A DNA stretch of 40,540 bases, from contig DATEAC010000005.1 in NCBI GenBank assembly GCA_036584645.1, positions 1-40,540 of the forward strand. Direction: 5' to 3'. This stretch comes from Minisyncoccota bacterium (GTDB taxonomy: Bacteria; Patescibacteriota; Minisyncoccia; Phycocordibacterales; Zambryskibacteraceae). This document shows positions 24,644-32,608 of the stretch, one piece after another (position 1 is the first letter of the stretch; every line of letters starts with the position of its first letter). The translations under genes were made by a program, and so were the position numbers. The notes under the pieces were generated by a model. The model was given only the letters and a program-made list of their open reading frames with translations. It was not told the origin of the DNA and did not search any database.

Positions 24644-25561
24644 ATGGCAAACAGACATTTATCAAGATCAATAGTCGTCCAGTCTCTTTTTGAGTGGGAT
24701 TTTAATAAGCTAAAGACCGAGCTCGTAGACCCCGTCATTGAACGTAATGCCCGCGAGTTTGCCCCGGGCATGAACGATTTGTCTTTTGCCAAAAACCTGG
24801 CTCTTGAGGTAATAAAAAAGAATAAAGATTTGGACAAGATAATCGGCAAGGCCGCCCCCGATTGGCCCATAGATAAAATCAGCATTGTTGACAGAAATGT
24901 TTTGCGCATTGGCCTTTGCGAACTTCTTTTCGCGGACAGAGCGGAAGTGCCTCCCAAGGTTGCCATTAACGAGGCAATTGAATTGGCAAAAACCTTTGGC
25001 GGCGAAACCTCCGGCAAGTTTGTAAATGGCGTTTTGGGCGCCGTCTACAAAGAAATGGGCGAGCCGGGCAAAGACCAGCAGTCAAAAAAGGGCGCCAAAG
25101 GCAAGAAAAACAGTTTGGACGACCAGAATATTACTTTGCAGGAGCTCGGCGGGGCGGTGGTTTATGCCGAGGACCAAGGCAAGATTTATATTGCTCTCGT
25201 TCATGATGTTTTCGGCCACTGGACTCTTTCAAAAGGCAAGCTTGAGGAGGGCGAAAACGTAAAGCAGGGAACTGAAAGAGAAATAAAAGAAGAAATCGGC
25301 CTTGATATAAAGATAGAAGACGATTTAGGCGTGAACGAATATATCGCTTACCATCCCGAAAAGGGAAAATTAAGAAAAAGAGTGCATTATTTTTTGGCGC
25401 AGGCAAACTTTGAGCCGTTGAAACTTGCGCCAAGCGGAGGATTGGACGATGCTCGCTGGTTTACCGTTGCTCACATTGTGGACTTGAACTTCTATGATGA
25501 TGTTTTGCCGATTGTTACAAAAGCGGTTACCTTGCTTGCCGAGAGGCACAGTAAAAAGTAA
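24644..25561 (+). CDS. nusB: NusB-like antitermination domain fused to a C-terminal Nudix hydrolase domain
   Basis: 305 aa from the ATG at 24644. The NusB part has RSIVVQSLFEWDF, DRNVLRIGLCELLF, PPKVAINEAIELAK and KFVNGVLG. A Lys-rich linker follows, then an intact Nudix box GKLEEGENVKQGTEREIKEEIGL (nt 25235-25303). Confidence 0.85.
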   Translation: MANRHLSRSIVVQSLFEWDFNKLKTELVDPVIERNAREFAPGMNDLSFAKNLALEVIKKNKDLDKIIGKAAPDWPIDKISIVDRNVLRIGLCELLFADRAEVPPKVAINEAIELAKTFGGETSGKFVNGVLGAVYKEMGEPGKDQQSKKGAKGKKNSLDDQNITLQELGGAVVYAEDQGKIYIALVHDVFGHWTLSKGKLEEGENVKQGTEREIKEEIGLDIKIEDDLGVNEYIAYHPEKGKLRKRVHYFLAQANFEPLKLAPSGGLDDARWFTVAHIVDLNFYDDVLPIVTKAVTLLAERHSKK

Positions 25562-25572
25562 TATCCTGAAAT

Positions 25573-26265
25573 ATGACTGATTACAGCGCGCTGGAAAAAC
25601 ATATAGGAGTGATTTTCAAAGATAAAGAGCTTTTGCATCAAGCGCTTACTCACCGTTCGTATCTCAATGAAAACCGTGATGTTTCTTGGGGGCACAATGA
25701 GCGCCTTGAATTTTTGGGCGATGCGGTGTTGGAACTTGTAATTACCGAATATCTGTATAAAACTTATCCGAACTCAAACGAAGGGGAAATGACCGCCCTT
25801 CGCTCCGCATTAGTAAAAGCGGAGACTCTGGCCTCGGTTGGCGGAGACATGATGGTTGGGGAGTATTTGCTTTTGTCTCGCGGGGAATCAAAGGATTTGG
25901 GTCGCGCCAGGCAGTATATTTTGGCGAATGCAGTTGAAGCCGTTTTAGGCGCTGTTTTTTTAGACCAAGGATTCAAGCCGACCGAGAAAATCGTGGAGAA
26001 ATATTTAGTGCCAAAAATTGAAACCATAATGAAAGAGGGACTTACCACGGACGCCAAGAGCAAGTTTCAAACACAGTCACAAGAACATCTTGGCATTACG
26101 CCCTCATATAAAACCATAAAGGAAGCGGGTCCCGACCACGATAAACGTTTTACGGTGGGTGTTTATCTCAAGGACGAGCTGGTGGCAGAGGGCGAGGGTG
26201 ATTCAAAACAAGTGGCGGAACAAAACGCCGCGAGACTTGCTCTCATTGAAAAAAACTGGGAATAA
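25573..26265 (+). CDS. rnc: Ribonuclease III
   Basis: 230 aa. Signature NERLEFLGDAVLELV and a C-terminal dsRBD (GPDHDKRFTV...GEGDSKQVAEQNAA). Confidence 0.95.
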   Translation: MTDYSALEKHIGVIFKDKELLHQALTHRSYLNENRDVSWGHNERLEFLGDAVLELVITEYLYKTYPNSNEGEMTALRSALVKAETLASVGGDMMVGEYLLLSRGESKDLGRARQYILANAVEAVLGAVFLDQGFKPTEKIVEKYLVPKIETIMKEGLTTDAKSKFQTQSQEHLGITPSYKTIKEAGPDHDKRFTVGVYLKDELVAEGEGDSKQVAEQNAARLALIEKNWE

Positions 26266-26266
26266 C

Positions 26267-28492
26267 ATGTATCTCAGGCGGATTGAACTTTCGGGTTTTA
26301 AATCGTTCGCGAAAAAATCGGAGTTTGATTTTAATTCGCCTATTTCGGCGATTGTCGGCCCGAACGGTTCCGGCAAATCAAATATTGCAGAAGCGTTCAG
26401 GTTCGTTTTGGGCGAACAATCAATGAAATCAATGCGCGGCAAGCGCGGCGAAGACCTCATTTTTAACGGTTCTCCCGAAACATCTCGCGCAAGCCGCGCC
26501 GTTGTGAAGCTTACTTTTGACAATTCCCGCAAGGTTTTTCCGTCTATTGATTTTAATGAGGTGATTTTGCAAAGAGACGTCTATCGTGATGGCACCAATG
26601 AATATATCGTGAACGGTTCCAAAGTCCGCCTCAAGGATATTTTGGAGCTTTTGGGAGCCGCTCACATTGGTCTCTCGGGACATCACATAATTTCGCAAGG
26701 AGAAGCGGACAGAATCTTGTCCGCCAATACAAAAGAGCGGCGCGACATGATTGAAGACGCTTTGGGATTGAAAGCCTATCAATACAAAAAAGAAGAATCG
26801 GAAAGGAAACTTGAAAAGACACGCGAGAACATGAATCAAGTTGAGAGTTTGCGCAAAGAAATTGCTCCGCATTTGAGATTCTTGCGCAAGCAAATGGAGA
26901 AAGTGGCTCGCACGGAAGAATTACGCAAGAAATTGGGTTTTGAAGCAAGCGCCTTTTTTGCAAACGAGAAAGAGTTTTTGGCACAGGAGAAAACACGCCT
27001 CGCAAAAGAATTGAAACCCCTGAAAGATGAACTTACAAAAATAGAAAGGGGTATTGTGGCGGCACGAGACAGACTTGAAAAAGGTTCGCGGGTGCATGAC
27101 CTGACAGAGAACTTGCGCAAAGCCGAGAACGAGAGAGAAAAACTGCGCGGTGAAATAAGTCAGGTCATAAGAGAATTGGGCCGTCTTGAGGGGGAACTGT
27201 CGGCATTCAAGCGTCTCGCCCAAACAGCCGGTAAGTCAATTCCTCATGAGGCGGCGGTTTCTTTTTTTGACAAATTAATCGGGCTTATCAACGAATTAAA
27301 GTCTCTTGCTGAAACGGGGAATTCGGCGAGTATCCGGGCAAAATGTAATGTCATAGAAAAAGAAATTTCAAGTTTTAGACAAGCTCACCAAGCGGAAGGA
27401 AAAGGGGAAACGGCAGTTCCTGAACTTAAAACAATTTTAGCAAATAAGGAAAAACTGGCGGAAAGGTTGGTTGAACTCAAGCGCGCCGAAGAGACGGCGG
27501 TTGAGGAATATTCTACCGTGTCAAAGGCCGTTGAAACGGAAAAAGAGGGCAGCCATCTTGCCGAAAAAGAGGTCTTTGAATTTTTGTCGCAAGAAAAGGA
27601 CGTGCAGGCAAAAATTTCTGACCTTTCTCACCGTCAAAGGGAGCTTGACCTTGTTGAAGATGAATTAAAGGGAAATTCAAATGAAGTCGACGCGCTTGTA
27701 GGGACAGCGTTTTTGGAAGAGCTTTCGCGCAACGTTAAAGGAACTCTTTTATCAAGAGAAGAAAGAGAAATAAAAAGAAAAGACATAGAACGGTTAAAGA
27801 TTCGCTTGGAGGAATCGGGGATTGCCGGTAATGCTGATATTGAAAAAGAATACAGAGAAGTTTCCGAGCGCGACACTTTTTTAGAAAAGGAATTGGCCGA
27901 CCTGAATACTTCTGCGAAATCTCTTGAGAACTTAATTGCGGAGCTTTCCGAAAAACTTGAAAATGATTTCGTCGAAGGCCTTAAGAAAATCAACATCGCC
28001 TTTGAGGAGTTCTTTTCAATTCTTTTCGGCGGCGGCCACGCGAAGCTGGCGGTAAAAAATGTTCAAAAAATGGCGAAAAAGGTCGGAGACACCGAAGACG
28101 TTGAAGATTCTGACGAGCGAAACGAGGAAGAAAGCGAATCCGGCATTGATATTTTTGTATCCTTACCGCGTAAGAAAACTTCAGGTCTTATGATGCTCAG
28201 CGGTGGCGAGAGAGCGCTCACCTCAATCGCGCTTATTTTTGCCATGTCTCAAGTAAACCCGCCGCCATTTATCATTTTGGATGAAACAGACGCGGCCTTG
28301 GACGAAGCCAATTCCAAAAAATACGGAGACATGATTGAAAATCTTTCCCAAAAATCTCAACTTATTGTTATTACTCACAATCGCGAAACAATGTCTCGCG
28401 CTGGAGTTATTTACGGCGTGACCATGATATCGGGTGGCGTTTCAAAAGTGTTATCAGTTGCTTTTGCGGAGGCAGAAAATATAGCCAAATAA
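26267..28492 (+). CDS. smc: SMC-family chromosome-partition ATPase, unusually short (742 aa)
   Basis: ATG at 26267, right after the rnc stop. N-head LSGFKSF...GPNGSGKSNIAEAFRFVLGEQS; C-head LSGGERALTSIALIFAM, PFIILDETDAALD, ITHNRETM, GVTM. Only about 400 aa of coiled coil lies between the heads. Confidence 0.8.
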   Translation: MYLRRIELSGFKSFAKKSEFDFNSPISAIVGPNGSGKSNIAEAFRFVLGEQSMKSMRGKRGEDLIFNGSPETSRASRAVVKLTFDNSRKVFPSIDFNEVILQRDVYRDGTNEYIVNGSKVRLKDILELLGAAHIGLSGHHIISQGEADRILSANTKERRDMIEDALGLKAYQYKKEESERKLEKTRENMNQVESLRKEIAPHLRFLRKQMEKVARTEELRKKLGFEASAFFANEKEFLAQEKTRLAKELKPLKDELTKIERGIVAARDRLEKGSRVHDLTENLRKAENEREKLRGEISQVIRELGRLEGELSAFKRLAQTAGKSIPHEAAVSFFDKLIGLINELKSLAETGNSASIRAKCNVIEKEISSFRQAHQAEGKGETAVPELKTILANKEKLAERLVELKRAEETAVEEYSTVSKAVETEKEGSHLAEKEVFEFLSQEKDVQAKISDLSHRQRELDLVEDELKGNSNEVDALVGTAFLEELSRNVKGTLLSREEREIKRKDIERLKIRLEESGIAGNADIEKEYREVSERDTFLEKELADLNTSAKSLENLIAELSEKLENDFVEGLKKINIAFEEFFSILFGGGHAKLAVKNVQKMAKKVGDTEDVEDSDERNEEESESGIDIFVSLPRKKTSGLMMLSGGERALTSIALIFAMSQVNPPPFIILDETDAALDEANSKKYGDMIENLSQKSQLIVITHNRETMSRAGVIYGVTMISGGVSKVLSVAFAEAENIAK

Positions 28493-30448
28493 TTACTCTG
28501 CCATTACAAAATTGAGCTCTCGGCGGTCGGGATCAGCGGCCACGAGTTTCACTTTGATACGATCGCCAAGAGAATATTTCTTTTTCGTGGCTTGGCCCAC
28601 CACGGCATAATTTTTTACATCCAGTTCATAATGGTCTTCCGTCATGTCTTTAAATTTAATCATTCCTTCCGCTTTTGTTTCTGCTTCTTCTACGTAAATA
28701 CCCCACTCTGAAACTCCCGAAATCGTTGCATTAAACGTCTCGCCAATATGGCTTGACATGTATTCCACCTGTTTGAGTTTTATTGAGTTACGCTCCGCCT
28801 CGGCCGCATTGACTTCACGCTCGGAACAGTCATCGCAAATTTTTTGGAATTTAGCGTATTCGTCCTGACTTATTTTTCCGCCGACAAGTTCGCGCTCCAG
28901 TAATCTATGCACCGCCAAATCCGGATAGCGGCGGATGGGTGAGGTGAAGTGGGTGTAGTATTCAAAAGCCAAACCGAAATGGCCGATATTTTTGGTGGAA
29001 TAAATGGCCTTGGCCATGGCGCGAACGGCGGCGGTTTTAATGAGAGCTTCACTTGGTGACCCCTCTATTTCTTTCAACACCTTATTGATATCTTTGGCGC
29101 TAGCCGTGCCGTTTTTATGATGAAGCTCATAGCCGAGAGCCTTCAAAAAGGTGGCCAGATTCTCTATTTTTTCAGGGTCGGGCAGGTCGTGAATTCGGTA
29201 AACCATAGTTGCACCCTTTTTACCTTCCACCTTGTCCGACATAAATTTGGCCACCTCGCGATTGGCCAAAAGCATAAAGTCTTCAATGAGCTTGTGGGTG
29301 TCTAAACGGACCTTTTTGAATACACGAATGGGACGGCCTTCATCATCCAGTTCAAATTTTATTTCCTCTGTTTCAAAATCAATGGCGCCTTTCTGGGTTT
29401 TTTCTTCGCGAAGTTTTTTTGCCAGAGTATTGAGCGTGTTCAGCTCGTCCAGAAACGGCCCATCTTGCTTATCTAAAACTTCCTGCGCTTCTTCATATGT
29501 AAATCTTTTTTTTGATTCAATTATTGTTTTACCGAACCATTTTTCACTAACGTTTGCATTCTTGTCAATCGTAAATATCGCCGAAAAGGCAAATTTAGGC
29601 TCGTTGGAATTTAGAGAGCAAAGATCGTTTGAAAGAATTTCGGGGAGCATGGGAATGGTGCGGTCCACGAGGTAAATTGAAGTGCCGCGTTTAAGTGCCT
29701 CGCGGTCAAGCAATGTTGCCTCAATCACAAAATGAGAAACATCGGCGATGTGTATGCCTATCTCAAATGTACCATCCGGGTTTTTTTTGAAAGACAAAGC
29801 ATCATCAAAATCCTTTGCATCAGCGGGGTCTATGGTAAATGTGAGCACATTTCGGTAATCACGCCTGTTAGATTTTTCAGGGTCAGCGAGCGTTTGAGGG
29901 AGCTCATTTTTTTTGTATTCACTTTTTATCTTTTCCGCCTCAATTTCAACCTCTTTCGGAAAATCTGGCTCAAAACCGCTCTCCAAAACAATGGAGAGCA
30001 TTTCAGTGTTATGTTCACCTCTGCGGCCTATGACACGCAAAACTTCAGCTTCCGGCGATTTCAAAGGGTCTTTCCAAGAAATAATTTTTACCAAGACTTT
30101 ATCGCCATCTTTCGCCCCGCCGGCTTTACTTTGGTGCACAAAAAAGTCTCTGTACATTCTTTTATCATCTGGGTGAATGAAAAAGAAGTCTTTGCCGGGC
30201 GCCTTTACCGTTGTTCCGACGAATTGTTCTTTGCGGCGCGAAATTATAGAAACAACCTCTGCCTGAGACTTGCCCCAAGGAGATTTCGTGCCAAGAGCGC
30301 GTACCGCGACCTCATCACCATGAAGAGCGATATTCATTTTTTCGGGAGCGATTTCCAGATCTCCTTCTTTATCATCGGGCCTGCGGAAATAACCCACCCC
30401 CCTGGAGGTGGCTATGATTTTCCCTGTCAGAATTTCACTCTCGGACAT
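28493..30448 (-). CDS. rnr: Ribonuclease R (RNase II/R family 3'-5' exoribonuclease)
   Basis: 651 aa. N-terminal OB/CSD region, RNB domain (TIDPADAKDFDDA, HIADVSHF, YTHFTSPIRRYPDL) and a C-terminal S1 domain. Confidence 0.9.
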   Translation of the reverse strand: MSESEILTGKIIATSRGVGYFRRPDDKEGDLEIAPEKMNIALHGDEVAVRALGTKSPWGKSQAEVVSIISRRKEQFVGTTVKAPGKDFFFIHPDDKRMYRDFFVHQSKAGGAKDGDKVLVKIISWKDPLKSPEAEVLRVIGRRGEHNTEMLSIVLESGFEPDFPKEVEIEAEKIKSEYKKNELPQTLADPEKSNRRDYRNVLTFTIDPADAKDFDDALSFKKNPDGTFEIGIHIADVSHFVIEATLLDREALKRGTSIYLVDRTIPMLPEILSNDLCSLNSNEPKFAFSAIFTIDKNANVSEKWFGKTIIESKKRFTYEEAQEVLDKQDGPFLDELNTLNTLAKKLREEKTQKGAIDFETEEIKFELDDEGRPIRVFKKVRLDTHKLIEDFMLLANREVAKFMSDKVEGKKGATMVYRIHDLPDPEKIENLATFLKALGYELHHKNGTASAKDINKVLKEIEGSPSEALIKTAAVRAMAKAIYSTKNIGHFGLAFEYYTHFTSPIRRYPDLAVHRLLERELVGGKISQDEYAKFQKICDDCSEREVNAAEAERNSIKLKQVEYMSSHIGETFNATISGVSEWGIYVEEAETKAEGMIKFKDMTEDHYELDVKNYAVVGQATKKKYSLGDRIKVKLVAADPDRRELNFVMAE

Positions 30449-30499
30449 ATTTGAAGGAAACTATATCACCAAAAGTTAATAAGTTAAAAACTTGAATTA

Positions 30500-30527
30500 T
30501 TGCCAAAAGCAAAAAATCTGGTAATGT
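30500..30527 (+). promoter_or_regulatory. Candidate promoter of rpsP (TTGCCA-16 nt-TGgTAATGT)
   Basis: -35 at 30500-30505 and extended -10 at 30519-30527. The ATG at 30537 is 9 nt downstream with no SD. Confidence 0.5.
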
Positions 30528-30536
30528 AAGCGGACA

Positions 30537-30833
30537 ATGTTAATGATAAGACTGCAAAGAGTAGGCAGAAAACACGAGACGGCCTTTCGTCTTGTTTTAA
30601 CCGACAAACGGAATTCCACCAAGAGCGGACGATATTTGAAAGCGCTTGGCTCTTACGACCCGCGCAAAGAAACACAGCACTTTGACGCGGAGAACATAAA
30701 AAAAGCAATTTCTCAAGGCGCCAAGCTTTCAATCACAGCGAACAATCTGCTTATCTCAAACGGCATCATTGAAGGCGCCAAAATAAACGCCCAACCAAGG
30801 CGAACGCCAAAACAAAAAGCAGAGAAAAAGTAG
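30537..30833 (+). CDS. rpsP: 30S ribosomal protein S16
   Basis: MLMIRLQRVGRKHETAFRLVLTD...LGSYDP. Confidence 0.9.
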   Translation: MLMIRLQRVGRKHETAFRLVLTDKRNSTKSGRYLKALGSYDPRKETQHFDAENIKKAISQGAKLSITANNLLISNGIIEGAKINAQPRRTPKQKAEKK

Positions 30834-30842
30834 AATAGAAAA

Positions 30843-31376
30843 ATGATTCTTTCGGACAAGCAAATTTTGAAAGAAATGAGACAAGGTAATATTGTCATTG
30901 AGCCGTTTGATAGAAAAAATCTCGGTTCAAATAGCTACGATGTTCATCTAGACGAATGGATGGCGGCATATAACGATAAGATTCTTGATGCCCGCAAGCA
31001 TAATAAAATCCGTTATTTTAAAATTCCCAGAAGTGGTTTTGTGCTCAAGCCGGGAAAATTTTATTTAGGGGTAAGCGAAGAGTACACAGAAACCCACAAA
31101 CATGTGCCATTCCTAGAAGGGAAAAGTAGTATTGGCAGACTTGGCATTGACATACACGCAACAGCCGGCAAGGGCGACGTTGGTTTTTGCAATACTTGGA
31201 CTATGGAAATATCCACCCACAAGCCAGTGCGTATATACGCCGGCATGTCCATTGGCCAACTAATTTACTTTAAGGTTTCCGGAAAGGTGGAGGTGTCATA
31301 TCATCTCAAGAAAAGCGCTAAATATGCCAAACACAGCTTGAAGCCAGTGGAATCAATGATGTGGAAAAATTTTTAA
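30843..31376 (+). CDS. dcd: dCTP deaminase (dUTPase-fold)
   Basis: 177 aa. MILSDKQI, GSNSYDVHL, and GKSSIGRLGIDIH in the trimeric dUTPase-superfamily pattern. Confidence 0.8.
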   Translation: MILSDKQILKEMRQGNIVIEPFDRKNLGSNSYDVHLDEWMAAYNDKILDARKHNKIRYFKIPRSGFVLKPGKFYLGVSEEYTETHKHVPFLEGKSSIGRLGIDIHATAGKGDVGFCNTWTMEISTHKPVRIYAGMSIGQLIYFKVSGKVEVSYHLKKSAKYAKHSLKPVESMMWKNF

Positions 31377-31425
31377 TGCTAGAATATTAAGCAGGCGAAA
31401 GCTTTTAATCAGTAACGAAAAGAAA

Positions 31426-31755
31426 ATGGCAAATGGGAAAGACACAGACCACGAATTTTTGGATTATGTTGTAAAGGCGCTTGTTGATCATCCGGAGGCG
31501 GTTAAAACGGAAAGAACAGTAGATGAAATGGGCGTGTTGCTACGACTGACCGTGCACCCGGATGATATGAGAAAGATCATAGGCAGGGAAGGCAAGACAG
31601 CAAATGCCATGAGAATACTTTTGAGAGTGGTGGGGATGAAGAATAATGCCCGAGTGAATTTGAAAATAAACGAACCGGAGGGAAGCACGAGATTAGAACG
31701 GCCGGACCGCAAGGCGAAAGATTTTGATCAGGCAATAGACGACCTCAAACTCTAG
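31426..31755 (+). CDS. KH-domain RNA-binding protein (YlqC/UPF0109-like)
   Basis: 109 aa with KIIGREGKTANAMRILLRV (GxxG KH motif). Its position between rpsP and trmD is classical. Confidence 0.8.
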   Translation: MANGKDTDHEFLDYVVKALVDHPEAVKTERTVDEMGVLLRLTVHPDDMRKIIGREGKTANAMRILLRVVGMKNNARVNLKINEPEGSTRLERPDRKAKDFDQAIDDLKL

Positions 31756-31816
31756 GTTTATAGTTGTCAGTTGTTAGATTCTAGCAACTTGCAACCAGCG
31801 ACAAACAACTGACTCA

Positions 31817-32455
31817 ATGACCTTTCATTTCGTAACACTTTTTCCCAACGCATTTAAATCGTATTTAGGCGAATCTATAATTTCGCGCGCCATAAAAAAC
31901 AAAAAAATCAGCGCGAAATTTTATAATCCTCGCGATTATACCAAAGACAAGTGGGGAAGAGTGGACAGAAAACCTTATGGCGGGGGGCCTGGAATGGTCT
32001 TGGAAGCCGAGTCGGTAGGAAGGGCGATTGAAGCAGCTTTAAAAAAACCAAAAACCAAAATTATCTTTTTTTCGCCGAGCGGAAAGCAATTTACAAATAC
32101 TTACGCGGAGAAATTAGCAAAGGAATACAAAAACATTGTTTTCATATGTGGCAGATATGAGGGTATAGACGCAAGGGTCAAAAAAATATTTAAGGTCGAG
32201 GAGGTATCTGTGGGGCCCTACGTGCTCACGGGCGGGGAGTTGCCGGCCATGGTCGTCATGGACACGGTAACCCGTAGGATACCCGGTGTTTTAGGTAAAA
32301 TTGGCTCTTTGGAAGAAAATCGCATAGCGGGCAAAGATGTTTACACAAGACCGGAGATTTTGGTATGGAAAGGCAAAAAATACAGAGTGCCAAAAGTACT
32401 TCTTTCCGGACATCGTAAAGACATTGATAAGTGGAGAGGGGGTTCGCGTCACTAG
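31817..32455 (+). CDS. trmD: tRNA (guanine37-N1)-methyltransferase
   Basis: 212 aa. FHFVTLFP, PYGGGPGMV, ICGRYEGIDARV, SVGPYVLTGGELPAMVVMD. Confidence 0.9.
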   Translation: MTFHFVTLFPNAFKSYLGESIISRAIKNKKISAKFYNPRDYTKDKWGRVDRKPYGGGPGMVLEAESVGRAIEAALKKPKTKIIFFSPSGKQFTNTYAEKLAKEYKNIVFICGRYEGIDARVKKIFKVEEVSVGPYVLTGGELPAMVVMDTVTRRIPGVLGKIGSLEENRIAGKDVYTRPEILVWKGKKYRVPKVLLSGHRKDIDKWRGGSRH

Positions 32456-32603
32456 TTCTCGTCGTACACGCATAGCTTTTTCCAGCGAAAAAACTTGCTG
32501 TCTCTCAGTTTTTCAAAGTAAAGAGCCCCTCGCGATTACGCTCGGGGTCATTGACTTACCATGCTGAAAAACTTCCGAGACGTACGACGAGAACTAGTGG
32601 CGC
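32446..32603 (+). repeat. 158-nt element closed by a long-range 22-bp inverted repeat (18 perfect bp plus G.U plus 3 bp)
   Basis: 32446-32467 pairs with 32582-32603; CACTAGTTCTCGTCGTAC / GTACGACGAGAACTAGTG are exact complements. The left arm contains the trmD stop codon. Interior stems are 32500-32514 / 32566-32581 and 32523-32529 / 32544-32549. TTTTT follows at 32604-32608. Confidence 0.7.
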
Positions 32604-32608
32604 TTTTT

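Noticed and set aside
26159-26266. Upstream-extended track starts for smc (26159), rpoC (36166), dnaE (23110), nusB (24605), rpmF (24293) and the hypothetical protein (10629)
   Set aside because: Each extension overlaps the preceding gene or a terminator hairpin and adds non-homologous residues. An internal ATG directly precedes the conserved N-terminal motif in every case.
28490-28495. The convergent smc and rnr stop codons abut with zero intergenic nucleotides (TAATTA)
   Set aside because: This is real, but it is best explained by genome compaction. No hairpin or other signal is present, so there is nothing specific to test.
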